From NCBI GenBank assembly GCA_024679065.1, contig JAGIQG010000009.1, positions 96,782,001 to 96,846,000 of the forward strand: a stretch of DNA of 64,000 nucleotides, read 5' to 3'. Below the pieces are notes generated by a model. It saw only the letters and a program-made list of their open reading frames with translations. It did not search any database and was not told the DNA's origin. Source of the DNA: Sphyrna mokarran. Lineage: Eukaryota. Below, piece by piece: positions 47,235 through 59,900 of this stretch (the stretch's first letter is position 1; every line of letters starts with the position of its first letter). The position numbers and the translations under genes are program-made.

Positions 47235-50200
47235 TTGCTTTCTTCTTCCGTTGGCATCCTTGTGAAATGTGCAAAATGACAAATTTCGACATGCATCTTT
47301 TTACCAGTAATACTCACGTTCTGTTCGACCAAAAGACTATCTCCTTCCTTTCCTGAATAAGCGAGATTCGTTTAATGATTTACAGCATTCTGGAAAGTTT
47401 CACAACCTAGAATCTTTTGGAAAATCATTGGGAGCGCTTTCACTAACTCTGCGGCTAAGTTTCCTAGAAATCCGGAATATTGACATTCGATCCCCGAGGA
47501 TTTATTTGATATTAGTCCTCCGCTGTAACCAATACTTGTATTCCCCTGCTATTAATCACATTACATTCATCAAACTTACGTTCGTCAAACCCTTCATGGA
47601 TCTCTATTTTTGGGAAGTAGGTTTTTTTTATCTCCTGCTGTGAAGACCGATACAAAATATGTATTCAACGCCTCTTTCTTTTCTTTATTCTCCATGATCC
47701 GTCTCTACCGCTAAGGAACCAAAGTTTGTTTTAAGTGTTCTTTTCATGTAATTCTAAAAAAGACTGATTTCATTTTCCATGTTATCTTTTTTAGCTACTG
47801 TTGGTGTCCCTTCTCTCATTGCAATCTTCAATCTAACTGCTATCTATGTCACACTTTCTGTTTTAATCTGATGGCGTAACGACTTCCTCAGTGAGCTACT
47901 GAACAACTTTGTTTGATTTTTGTTAATGGAATGCATTTTAAACACACTTCGAAGTTTTTACTGAAATGGTTGTCATTGCTTGTCTGTAACTAAATCTTTT
48001 AGTCTATTTCCCATTCTGTCTTTAGCTCTCCCCTCGTTCCAATGTAATTGGTTTTGCCTAAACGTAAGGTTCGTATGCGGGGGTAGAGCACGTTGCTTCG
48101 AAACTTATAAGGGAATTCAATTGTGTTATGATCATTTTTCCAAACGGCTACTCAGCCCCAAGGCCAGCTCCGCCATTCTATAATCTCATGGCTGAACAAA
48201 TTGCAGCCTCGGCATTACAATCCCGATGACCCTCGAAAACTTTTTACTCCCGTGTCCAAAAGCATGTTTTCTATTTCTGCATTAAAACCAACAAAATTGC
48301 ACTATCTCCACCGCTCTCCCAAATCTCACCACCGTTTAGAGAAAAGAAAATCTCCTCATCTCAGTATTCAATAGGAAAGTCTTACTTTTTAATTGTATTC
48401 CTTAGTTCTAAGGAATGCAGCTCAGAACTTGGGAGAACAGAATAATTGCTTATTTTAGCCTTGCAAATGGTTATATTAAGCAAAGTTAATATAATGCAAA
48501 CTTCTGTTTGCATAAGTTCCCCTGGGTTTCTGATCAGGGGGATTGACGGGGTCATGTGTTGATGTGGTTTATGTGTAGTCCTGGATCTATAGCAGAGAAA
48601 AACATCTTTCGCAGAAAGCAGTTTACTTGCAGTTAAAGTTTGGTTGAAGTTAGGATGGTTTTGTAGGTGCTCCGGGGCTCCGTTTTCCCGTTTTAAAGCG
48701 AAGTGCATATACCAGGCTGAAAATAGGAGTGTTTCCCTTGGGTGTTGGCAACCCCTTCCATGTGGGATTTAGACATCTGAATGATGCTTCTAAGCTTATT
48801 GAGAGCAAACCTCCGGCAGCCCCATTGGAGACTAGGGCAATTTTTAAAGGGCGCCACAAACTGTGCAGGAAGAGAAGGGCCCCTCTCTCCAAGAATTAAA
48901 TGGTGCCCATTGTTCACCCATACTGATCAATGGGAGAACCAACGACCTCTCACAAGAGCGGCACTTACTCTGCCCCACCCAACAAATACTGAGCAACCAT
49001 CTCCCAGATCAGGCAGGCATAAGGGTGACTCGATCCAACTTTTCCCACACTTAATCCCTTCCCCTGAGACCCGCTACTCTGTTCCTCCCCCCTCAGGCCT
49101 CCTACTCAGCCCCTTTCCCCCTCAGATCCACACTCAGCCACTTCCCATCTCAGCCTCCCACTCAACCTCATCTGCTCTCAGGAAACCCACTCGGGCCTTC
49201 CCCCGGCCCCTCTCAATCAGAGCCTTTACCAATCACATTTCATATTCAGCCCCCCTTGAGGGCATGCACTTTGACAGTGCCTCCAGTACACTGTTTCCTG
49301 CCACTGAAAACTGGCTTGGATATCCTGTCCCTGAGAGGGTTCAAGGAGATACTTCCAGTAGCCATTTGTCCCGTTGTCAATGCCAGGCTGCAGAGGACTG
49401 GCCGCTCAGGGGTCCTGGGTGTTGGATGGGCTCAGGCTGGGGCAAGACATTGAGCTCAGTACATTCTGCAAGGATTGGAATGTTGTGGCTGGACTGTCCC
49501 TTCTAGCCCTGGTGAACTTTAAGATCACCCTAGCACAATGATTTCAGGCACCCTATGATCAAGAGTGGCATTCTTACCGTTAGCTGTGAAAATTCAGAAA
49601 TGCCAGGACACATTAATGTGACCCCCCCCCCCCACCCCCGCCACTCACTTGGCAGGCTTTTGAACGATTGCAACAGTCCAATCTGCAGCAGAGATTTTCC
49701 TTTATCCTTATCAAAAGCTGCAGGTGTGAGCAGATCCCTTTAAAGTTCAGTTATTCCTGTTGCTTATCCTCATACATGCTCTTTCGATGACCAACACCCA
49801 CATTACTTACTCTTCTGTTTAAACACGTGTAAAACTCTTCTGAGGTTTTTATTTGGTTTATTTCTAGCTAGCTCTCTCTAGCATTCTAATTTTCTTACTT
49901 TTAAAAGGTCTTTTTAATTGTGCGCTTTTCTTGAAATACTGTCAATCTTTGCACCTGCCGTGTAACTTTGCGGAATTTAACGGGTTTTTTTTCTGTCAGG
50001 ATGATTCTGCCTTTATCTTTATTGGTTAGGCATGGAAGGTGCACTCTTGATTTTGAGCTTTCTTTTGCACTGATGCACAGTTCCTGAATATTATGAAACA
50101 TTTCCTTCAACTTGGGCATCTACATCTCTACTGACCTTTCCTATTTCACTTAGCGAACTATGTCCGCATGCATTCATAACTGTCATATTTAATTTTAAAA

Positions 50201-50320
50201 TATTAGTCTGAGATCCAATCTTCTCTCCTTCAAATAGAATACGATATTGAATCAAATATGGGAGTGGCTGCTGCCTAAGGGAGTCTACGCTATGAGATCA
50301 TCAATGAATTTTGCCCCATT

Positions 50321-50625
50321 GGACAGTGCAGTGACACAGTGGTTAACATTGTTGCATCACAGTGCCACAGACGTGTTCAATTCCGGCCTGTGTAGAGTTT
50401 GCACATGCTTCTCTTACATGTGTCGGTTTCCCCTTGGTACTCCAGTTTCCTCCCAAAGTCCAAAGATGTGTGTGTTGGGTTGATTGGCCATGCTAAATTG
50501 ACCCTAGTGTCAGGGTGTTAGCAGGATTAATATGTGGCGTTAGGGGAATAGGATCCGGGTGGGATTGTGGTCATGCAGACTCAATGAGACAAATGGCCTC
50601 CTTCTGCACTGTAGGGATTGTATGG
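50321..50625 (+). mobile_element. HE1-type V-SINE
   Basis: Head, core and tail. Confidence 0.85.
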
Positions 50626-51929
50626 TTTCACATTAGCAGATCTAGTGCTGGCCTGCTATGTGCTTGACTCTGGAATGTTCTACTCTGAGAAGCTGCACAG
50701 AAATCATTGGATGAATCCATCATCAAGCTGACCTTAGCCATTCTGATTCATTCCATTTTCAGAAGCTTTTGTTGTCACTGTTTGTGCATGGGCTACTGTT
50801 TCCTACAATGGGGAGTTTGGAAACAAATATCTGAAGCCAGCACATACAGAAAGAGCTAGAAATCGGTCATTATGTCCGTAAAGACAGACATCTATAGCTG
50901 TATTTGGACTGTTAGATCTCCAGGCAGAAAGGAACCAAGTATTGACAACACAACTCAAAATGACTGAAAGCTCAATGTGCTAAATTAGCCGAAAATCAGT
51001 ATTTGTAGTGCAACTCTATTGGTAGATTCACTGGGCCCCTGAACTCTATTCGATACCTCCTTTTGTGGAATCCGAGTGTAATTGATGCTCTATGCAAAGG
51101 ATGAACAGCGTCTTATTGAGATGGGAATGTCAAAATCTCCTGGACGACCATCCCTAATTGCCCCCGAATAACAGAATAACTGCTCTGTTATTTCACTAAT
51201 GCTGCCCTTACCTTGCTTGATTTACATGTGACTTCAGACCCATAGCAATGTTGTCTGCACCTATCTGTTCCCTGAAGTGCCTAGCCAGCCATTCGGTTCA
51301 GGGGCAATTAGAGATAGCCAACAAATGCTGGCGCTTACCAGTGATGCCCACATCCTACTAAAGAATAAAGAGTAAAATGTTTATGTAGAAAAAAAACTCA
51401 GAGGAAATTTAGCCATAAACAGTATATTAAATAATTTGGAGGCAAGGGACCAATATTTTTTTTTTAAGCAACACAGCACGGGAAAAAGGCCCTTCGGCCC
51501 AACGAGCCCGCGCCGCCGTCATACTATATAGTAGCAAATACATTATCCTATTTTAATATTCCTATATAATAATATATATTATTCCTAATATGGAAAATTT
51601 TCACCATAGGGACAATTTGTTTCCCAATCAGCCTAAGAGCGAATTTTTGGGTTGTGGGAGGAAACCGGAGTGCCCGGAGAAAACCCACGCAACCACGGGG
51701 AGAACGCGCAAACTCCCGCAGACACCGGCCCAATTCCAAGTGTCTGCACAGCCACATCGTATGTTTATGTTTATGTAAATGTTTATTTACATCTAAGTCA
51801 AATTAATTAGTAATTGAAATATTTCTCGATGGAACAATAGACACTAAACAATGACAATAACACCATAATGACCACGAACTGTAGCAGAAAAACTGTAGCC
51901 AGGGCGCGAAAGGCAAGAACAACAGAGAG

Positions 51930-53325
51930 AGTTGGGGGGGGGGGTGTGGTGGTAGGATGAGCCCCCACCTCCCACACCCCCAGCCCCGGAAGGCAGCCCC
52001 CTCGGCAGAGCACACCCCCAACCTACCTGGATGGCCGCTCTCCCTCCACCATTCTTCTGACCTGCACTCCTTGATGTGGAGATGCTGGCGTTGGGCTGGG
52101 GTGAACACAGTAAGAAGTCCCACAACGCCAGGTTAAAGTCCAATTGGAGTTGTGAGGCTCCTTACTGCACTCCTTGGACAGCCTGCAGTTCCTCCCTGGC
52201 CTTCTGCTGGCATCTGCTGGAAAAGGGGGGGCTTGCTCAGATGGATCTCTGCTTGTGGGAGGGGAGGTGATGGAGATTCTCTCAAGTCCCCTCCATCCTC
52301 CAACAGCCCTCACCCCCCCCAATCAGAGATCCATCTGAGCAGCCTCCCCCCTCCCCTGTCCGGCAGATGCCAGCGGAAGGCAGGAGGATGCTCTCCAACG
52401 AGTGCAGTAAGAAGTCTCAGAACACCAGGGCTAAAGTCCAACAGGACTGTAACTTGGTCTTATGAAACTGCTTACTGTGTTCACCCCAGTCCAACGCCCG
52501 CATCTCCACATCAAGGGGAGAAGGATGGTGGAGGAGAGAACAGCAATCCAGGTAGGTTGGGGCTGTGCTCTGCCGAAGGAGGCACCTGTCTCCCAGGGCA
52601 GTCTGATCGTGGGGTGAGGAAGGGCGGCCTCCCGAGGCGGGGGGGGTGGTATCTGACCAAGGGGAGGGGGCTGCGTTCCGGGAGGGGTTTGACCATGGAA
52701 GGGGAAGTTGCCTCCTGAGACGGTCTGACCGTGGAGAGGGGTTTTACAGGGGGCTTGTCTCCCAGGGAGGTTTGATCACGGGGGAGTGGGGGGGGGGCTG
52801 CCTCCAGGGGAGGGGGGAGTGGACCGCGAGCCGTGTGCTCTGCCAAAGGAGGGGCCTGCCTCCCAGAGAGATCCGATCGCGGGAGGGGGTCTGCCGAACG
52901 GGGTTCTCTGCCTCCCAGGGGATTCGGATCCCAGGGGGTAGGGCCTGCCGGCGTGGTTAGCAGGGGGTCTGCGAAGAGTGTTGGAGGAGGATGGGGCTTC
53001 GGAGGTTCTCCTGCTGAACAGGAACACGCTTCGTGTTTTTTTTTGCACTGCAGGTTGATAACAGTGTGGATCCGGAACGGATCCGAAGACAGTAAAGTGG
53101 GGTTTGGTGATAGAGTTGGGCGCATGGTTCATTAAGTCGATTTAAATGCATGTTAGTTCATTTAAATCATTGGGCCACACGACTGGGGCATGGACCGGAT
53201 CCGCGCCCAAATCGGGCGTCGGTAAAAGCGTGATCTGCTCGGTTTCGGGTGCAGATCGCGTTTCAGGCCCGACGCCCAAATTTTGCGCCCCAAAACGGGC
53301 GCGAATCTTTGGTAAAATGGGGCCC
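51930..53325 (-). mobile_element. Second, inverted and partial copy of the same Harbinger-like family
   Basis: 53090-53325 is the reverse complement of about 40133-40385 (TIR ggtaaaatggggccc). GC-rich interior; the other TIR was not found and the left boundary is approximate. Confidence 0.65.
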
Positions 53326-53861
53326 TTAGTGTCCACCATATCAAAATGAGGTGCTGTTGCGAAATACATCATTCAGCAAGGTCTACGATTCTCTCCCTGG
53401 AACTGGATGTGAAAGAGAATCATATTATGATCGTTGATGCCTGGGGGACCTTTCATTATGAGGTCAATAAATTTGCGTTTGGAGCACCTCAAGCACACAG
53501 TAAAAATCACACAGGGACTGAAGCGTGAGTCCCTGTTAATTTACATGATTTTACAGTGAAGCAAATTTAGCCACCTCACAGAATTTGGTGTGTGATCTCA
53601 ATTATTTGTTTTGAAGTGCAAGTATAATCTGAGATGCCATGAAAGGAAAGTACACTTACTTCAGAGGCTGAACAAGTGTTATTCAGATGACACATTTGCA
53701 ATTTAAGAATAGCGTAAGTTGTTGAACTGCAAAGCACATGGGTCACGTTTGAGCTGTTTGAGACAGCTGCTTAGAAATAGAAACATAGTCACAGGCCTTT
53801 CCTGTCGAAACTCTCCAACGTAAGTGTGTCTGAGTGTTTGGCAATGTTTGAGCTGCAAGTT

Positions 53862-53910
53862 CTAGCAGTCCACAGCATCGACATTTCTGTCTGGCTGAGA
53901 AGTATTTGAT
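53862..53910 (-). CDS. Gene C terminal cytoplasmic exon (no Tyr motif)
   Basis: Strong acceptor ttgttttctctccag|, phase 2 matching the TM donor, 15 codons then TAG. Confidence 0.7.
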
Positions 53911-56900
53911 CTGGAGAGAAAACAATTTAACACCGCGGTTTCCTCATTCCAGTAATTCTTTGCATGTTTCATCTTCCACACTTCACTGCTTCGTCATATT
54001 TATCTTCTCCCTGTAATCAAAAGATTTGAATTCATATTTAGAACTAAAAATGCATAACATAAAACATTGGGGCAGGAGGAGTCAATCCAACCTCTCGAGC
54101 CGGCTGCGCTCTTCAATTCAGGGGAGCCGGTGGTGTAGTGGTCACTGGATTAGAATCCCGACACCCAGGATAATGCTCTGGCGTCCCGAGTTCGATTCCT
54201 GTCACCCCCAGATGGTGAAATTTGAATTTAGTAAAAATCAGGAGTTGAAAGCCTAAAACATGGCTATGAAACCATTGTCGAAAAACCCATCTGGTTCATT
54301 TATACCCTTTAGAGAAGTAAGTCCTTACCCGACCTGGCCTACATATTCATCCAGATCCACAGCAATGTCGTTGACTCTCAAGTGTCCTCTCAAATGGAGA
54401 GCAATTAGAGAGTGCAAAAAAATGCTGGACAAGTTGTCACATGATTAAGTGGGGCACCGTCCTTAAATATGCCGTTATGCAAACCGTTGTGTATTAGTAA
54501 CGACTCCCACAGAAATAAATTAACATCTTTAAATGAATTAAAGAATTCGTTGAGCACTGTGTATAATGTTGACGCTAGGCTATATATCAAGCATTCGCTT
54601 GAGACATTTAATTTTTTTTATTTCTGTATGTTACTATTTAAGAGAAAACGTTACGCATGGTCTAATATTTCCAAAACAACATTGCAACTGTGTAAAAATC
54701 AAGCATCATTGGGCATCATTGTACAGTTGACGATGGATTTTGTTTGTCTATTCAAATATTTAAGTGTAACGCTGTATTTCAGAGATATATAGTTCCTTAT
54801 TATGGGGTCATTGTCATTTCATTTTGGGAAACAGGGCCATTCACCCTGCGGTTTAATTGAGTAGTGCATTGCACACGCCGCAGATACTTAAACAGGCGCA
54901 TTTCTGGTTATAGTTTGAGCAGAAAATCGCCGGGAATGCCCAGAAACTCTTTGCACAAACCATGCTGCACTTTCCATCCAAATCCATGTCAATCCGCCCA
55001 ATTGCAACAAGTCAACAATTCTTATGAAATCCTGCAAGCGCATTAGACACGGGTTAAGTAGTAATCAATTCAACAAAATTGAAGTTGACTTTGCAAAGGT
55101 TTGGTGAATATATATGGCTGTTCTAAAGCTGAAGAATAGCATTTACCATTTTCTTTACAATGACCAAAATGCTTATTGAAGATCGCTCTACGGAGCTCAG
55201 AACAGGTTCAATTTGCGTACACGACTCGATTCTAACAGCACATGGTCCGAAAATCTTTCCTTTTAGGATGAATCGGATTTTCACGCTGAAGTGGAGGAGC
55301 GGGGAAAGGACATAAAAACAAGGGCGGGATTTTTCGACCTCCCCGCCGGCGGAAGCAAATCAACCTGATTCTCCGCTCCAGCCGAAGGCAACCACCCCCA
55401 GCTTCCCCCCACCCCCTCCTCCCCACCCAATACCCCCATGCGGCGAGTTCCCCGGCGACCGGCATGGGCCAGCCATGCAAACCGCCGCAGACATTGGCAG
55501 CAATGGAAGATTGGAGCCCGGATTCTCCGGTCGTTCACGTCAGCGGAATTCTCTGCTCCCGCCCACGCCCACGAGTTTGCCGCCGACGTGGGGTGACATC
55601 AATGGAAATTCCCATTGATAGAACCGGAGAATCCCACCGCTAACAAACAACGTGCCCTCCTGCCGGCGGGAAGCATGTGGCTGGGAGACCGGAGAATCTC
55701 GCCCTGCTATGAATCTGCTACTCCACATAACTTATACGACTCTCAAACAGGGAATAGCACATATATAGTCTATCCTTCGCCTTACCTCTTCTGGACGAAG
55801 CACAGAGCGAGGACTATTCCAATAACAGCCAGTAAGGATATCAACCCTGCACGAAAGTACCACAGTGTCCTCGAGTCGCTGAAGAAGCTCTTTGTTTGGT
55901 AATATTCTCTTCCAAAATCTATGGGGTTAGAACAGTTCTTAAAATCTCTGTACCTTTTGCTGGTCAAACAACTTGTAACGCAAGGGATTATATCACCCTT
56001 AGTGGATATGCCCTCACCGGGGAGGGGATAATCTGGCGGACTAGTGGGCTCAGCCTATGAATATTCCAACTCATTCAAGTCCACAAGGCGTCAAACACCG
56101 AGGATCTATTTGCCGCCAACCACTTGCTCTCAATGATAATCAAGTAGGGTTTCTTGGCGTCTTATCTAGTTTCTTGAAGTTTCGGCACCTCACTGCAATC
56201 CTCTCGCTTTCTTAAAAAAAAACAGCAAGTACAAAGAAATTGCCATCGGCAATGTTGTATAATTATTCTAATTAATTACTCTAAACAACAGTGGACACAA
56301 TAAAGGAACAAGATTTATTCAAGATTCATGTTCCTTATCTATCCTCAGCTTCAAGTTAAATGGCAACCCCCTTATTTTTAAAGGGTTTACCTAGTTCTAA
56401 TCTCCCCCACAAGGCGAAACATCATCTTAGTATTCACCCTGTCAAATCCCCGCAGTATCTTAGGTTGTAAGGCGATCACCGCTCATTCTTCTAAACTCCA
56501 GTAGATACAGGCCCAGACTACACAATCTTTCTCGTTAGAGAACCCCTTCATCCCAGAAATCAGTGGAGTGAACCTTCTACGAACCGTTTCTAATACAATT
56601 ATGTTCTTTCTTAAGTAGGTAGACCAGTACACAACCCATCAGATGTGGTCTGAGCAATGCCCTGTGCTACCGGAGTAAAACATCCCTATTTTTAACCTTC
56701 CATTCCCCTTGCATTAAGCAATAACATTCAAGTTGCCATGATTATAGATTTTTAGAATGGTTATAGGAAAGAAAAATACAGTTCAGCTGTGGTGCCTGTG
56801 CTAGCTTTCAGCAAATATGATGGAACTCGTCACAGTCCTCGTCATTTTCCAGCAGCCTGCCATATCTTTTCCTTTCCTGTTGAAAGGGAATTGGAATTCA

Positions 56901-59900
56901 ATGAGCCTCCACCACGTTCGAGGTCAGTGCATTCCAGAGCCAAACCACTCCCTGTGTAAATAATACCCAAGACACCTTCAAGAAACAACACTGAGTCCAG
57001 CAACTTTAAACTTTGATGTTTTCCCTCCAACTTGACCTCTTTTCCAAAATATTTATTGTCCCAATGCTGAAACTCCACCCCCTCCACCAGCCCTCCTGGC
57101 AATCTGTCACCTGATTTTAGGTTTTGCATTCGCAAAGCACTAACTTTGACCCCCCATTAATACTACATATCCCTTCAAACTGTCATTAACACTTTATCTG
57201 CCTGGTGGCCTACGCTTTTTGTCGCAATCTCTCCTATCCTCCACCTATACTTACTTTCTATTCTACTCCAACCGCTCCACCTTATACAATATGTATTTCT
57301 CCCTCTCATTACCTCTGAAGAAAAGTCATGGGAACTCGAAATATTGAGTTTGTTTTTACTCCACAGTTGCTGTCAGAACTGCTGAGTCTTTCCAAATTTT
57401 TCAGTTATTTATTTCAGATTTCCAGCAACAGTATTTTGCTTTTACATAAAGTCAAGTTGTCTTCTGAGGAAATAAGGTGCAGGCTGGGCCAATAGTCATC
57501 GGAGCTCAGGCGAATGAGCAATGATCTCATTGTAACATTTAAGATAATGAGGTACTTGACAGGGTAGGGTTCAAGAGGAGTTTTGATAAAATATTGAGAA
57601 GATACCACATCAAAGGTCACTGCATGAAATAAAAGCTCCTAGGGCGTTGCATTTCGACTTAGATAGAAGATTGCTTAACTAACAGGAAATAAAGAGTTGC
57701 ATGAGATGGGTGTTTTTCTAATTAGCAGGATGTGGTGTCCTTACTTTGATATTGTGTTCTCCTTGCAATAAGCTGGGGCCTCAATATTTTACAATTGATA
57801 TAAATGACATGGGTGAAGCTCTGAGTTATGGTTGCTTAATCTTCTAACGGCACAAAGATAGGCAGGCTAGTAAATTGTTAAGTGGCTACAAGGAGCATTG
57901 ATAGACCAAGTGAGTGAGCATAATTCTGGCAAATGCAATGCCAAATCTGAATATCCAGTCTGTCAGGAAGAATGTAATAAACGTGTTACCTAAATGGTGA
58001 GAGATAGTAGAGCTCTGATGTGTAGAGGGATCTGGGTATCCTCGTACTTGAGTCACAAAAGTCTAGTACAAAGGTATAGCAAGTAATTAGAATTCCTACA
58101 GTGCAGAAGGAGGCCAATCATCCCCCGACACAAAGGATAATTTAGCATGGTCAATCCATCTAACCCACACATCTTCAGACTGTGGGAGGAAACCAGAGCA
58201 CCTGGAGGAATCCCATGCAGTCATGGGAGAATGTACAAACTCCACACAGACAGTCACCCGAGAGTGGCATCGAACCCAAGTCCCTAGCACTGGGAGGTAG
58301 CAGTGCTCATCACTGTACCACTGTGCCACCAGACACCAAATAGAATGTTGTTATTTATTATGAAGAATATTGATTAGAAAAGCGGGGAGTTATGCTCCAA
58401 CTACACATGACATTAGGGAGATCACATCTAGAGTATTATGTGCAGTATTGATCTCCTTATTTAAGGGAAAATGTAAATGCATTGGAAGGTTTGTGAGACT
58501 AATCCCAAGAATGCACGGAAATGAGAAAATGGGGAAAATTTGGAGAGGTTAGATTCGTATCCATTAGAGTTTAGAAGAGTAACAGACAACTTGATCTAAA
58601 CATAGAAACATAGACATAGAAGATAGAAACTATTGGCCCTTCAAGCCTGCTCCACCATTTATTGCGATCATGACTGATCATCCAACCCAATAGCGTAATC
58701 CTGCTTTCTCCCCATAACCTTTGATCCCATTCACCCCTTTTAAGATCCTGAGAGGTTTTGACAGGATGTGTAGAGGACCTTTTTCTCGTATTGGAGAATC
58801 TAGAACTAAGTTTCTCGTTTAGAGATGACGGGTCATTCATTTAAGACAGAGATAAGGAAATATTTTATCTCTCAAAAAGTTTTGTGTCTCTGAAACTCTC
58901 CTTCTTAAGGTAGTGAAAGCAGCGTCTTTGAATATTTTTAGGGCAGATCTACATAGATTCTTGATTAACAAGGGAATGAAACATTATCGGGGGCAGACAG
59001 GTTTGTGCTGATGAGGTTACAATTAGATCAACTATTAACTTATTGAACGGCGGAGCAGGATCGAGTAGGTTCGCATTTTCCTTCTTGTGGGGGCATCTAG
59101 AACTGGGACACAGTTTACAAATAAGGAAATTCGCTTTTTCGACTGAAATTGTGGAGGAATGCATTCTCTCAGGGGACTGCTAGTATCTGGAATTCTCTCC
59201 CCCCACAAGCCATCTGGTTCACTAATTGATTTAGGGATGGCAATCGACCACACTTACGTGGTCTGGCCTACATTTGACTCCAGGTTCACAGCAATGTGAT
59301 TGACCAAGTCTAACAAGACACAGTTCAAGGGCAGCTGTTGGCCCAGCCAGCGACACCCATATCCTAGGAACGAATTAGAAAAAACAATAGAGGCGAAGCC
59401 ATTGAATGTATTTGAAGTTGTTAGGCAAATTCTTGATTGACAAGGGAGTCAAGAGATGTAGGAGATAGGCAGGAAAGTGGAGCAAATGGCACATCGGATC
59501 AACCATTAACTCATCAAAAGGTTCAAGGGATCGAATGGCTGACTCCTGTTCACATAATATTTAGTTCCTCTATCCTTGGATGTCCTTTTATCTTCAGTCC
59601 TTCTAATAATGCGAACAGTTTCTCTCTATCTCAACTTGTCTATATACTTAATGATTCTACATGCTTGTGTAAAATCTGCTCGCAATATTCTTCGAAGGGA
59701 GACCAATCTATCCACACCACTCTATCCACGTAACTGAAGAGTCGCTTTTGCTGAACCTTTATTAAATCCTCCACATCATTCCTGAATTGTGGCGCCCCTA
59801 GTAAGTGTAATACGAAGCTGCTGCATTGCTATCCTGCCTGTATACCGAGTCACCAATTAAAAAGCAAAAGGATTCCCATCCTTTAGTTCACACGGCGTGA

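Noticed and set aside
41159-53349. Long Gly/Pro-rich ORFs (e.g. 41462-42136, 48781-49506, 52152-52718, 52511-53125)
   Set aside because: Stop-poor by-products of GC-rich transposon interiors, open in several frames and with no domains.
56018-56054. Possible Pro-rich stalk exon AEPTSPPDYPLP on the minus strand
   Set aside because: Its phase 0 acceptor is incompatible with the phase 1 V donor (gives an immediate TGA), and no bridging exon was found.
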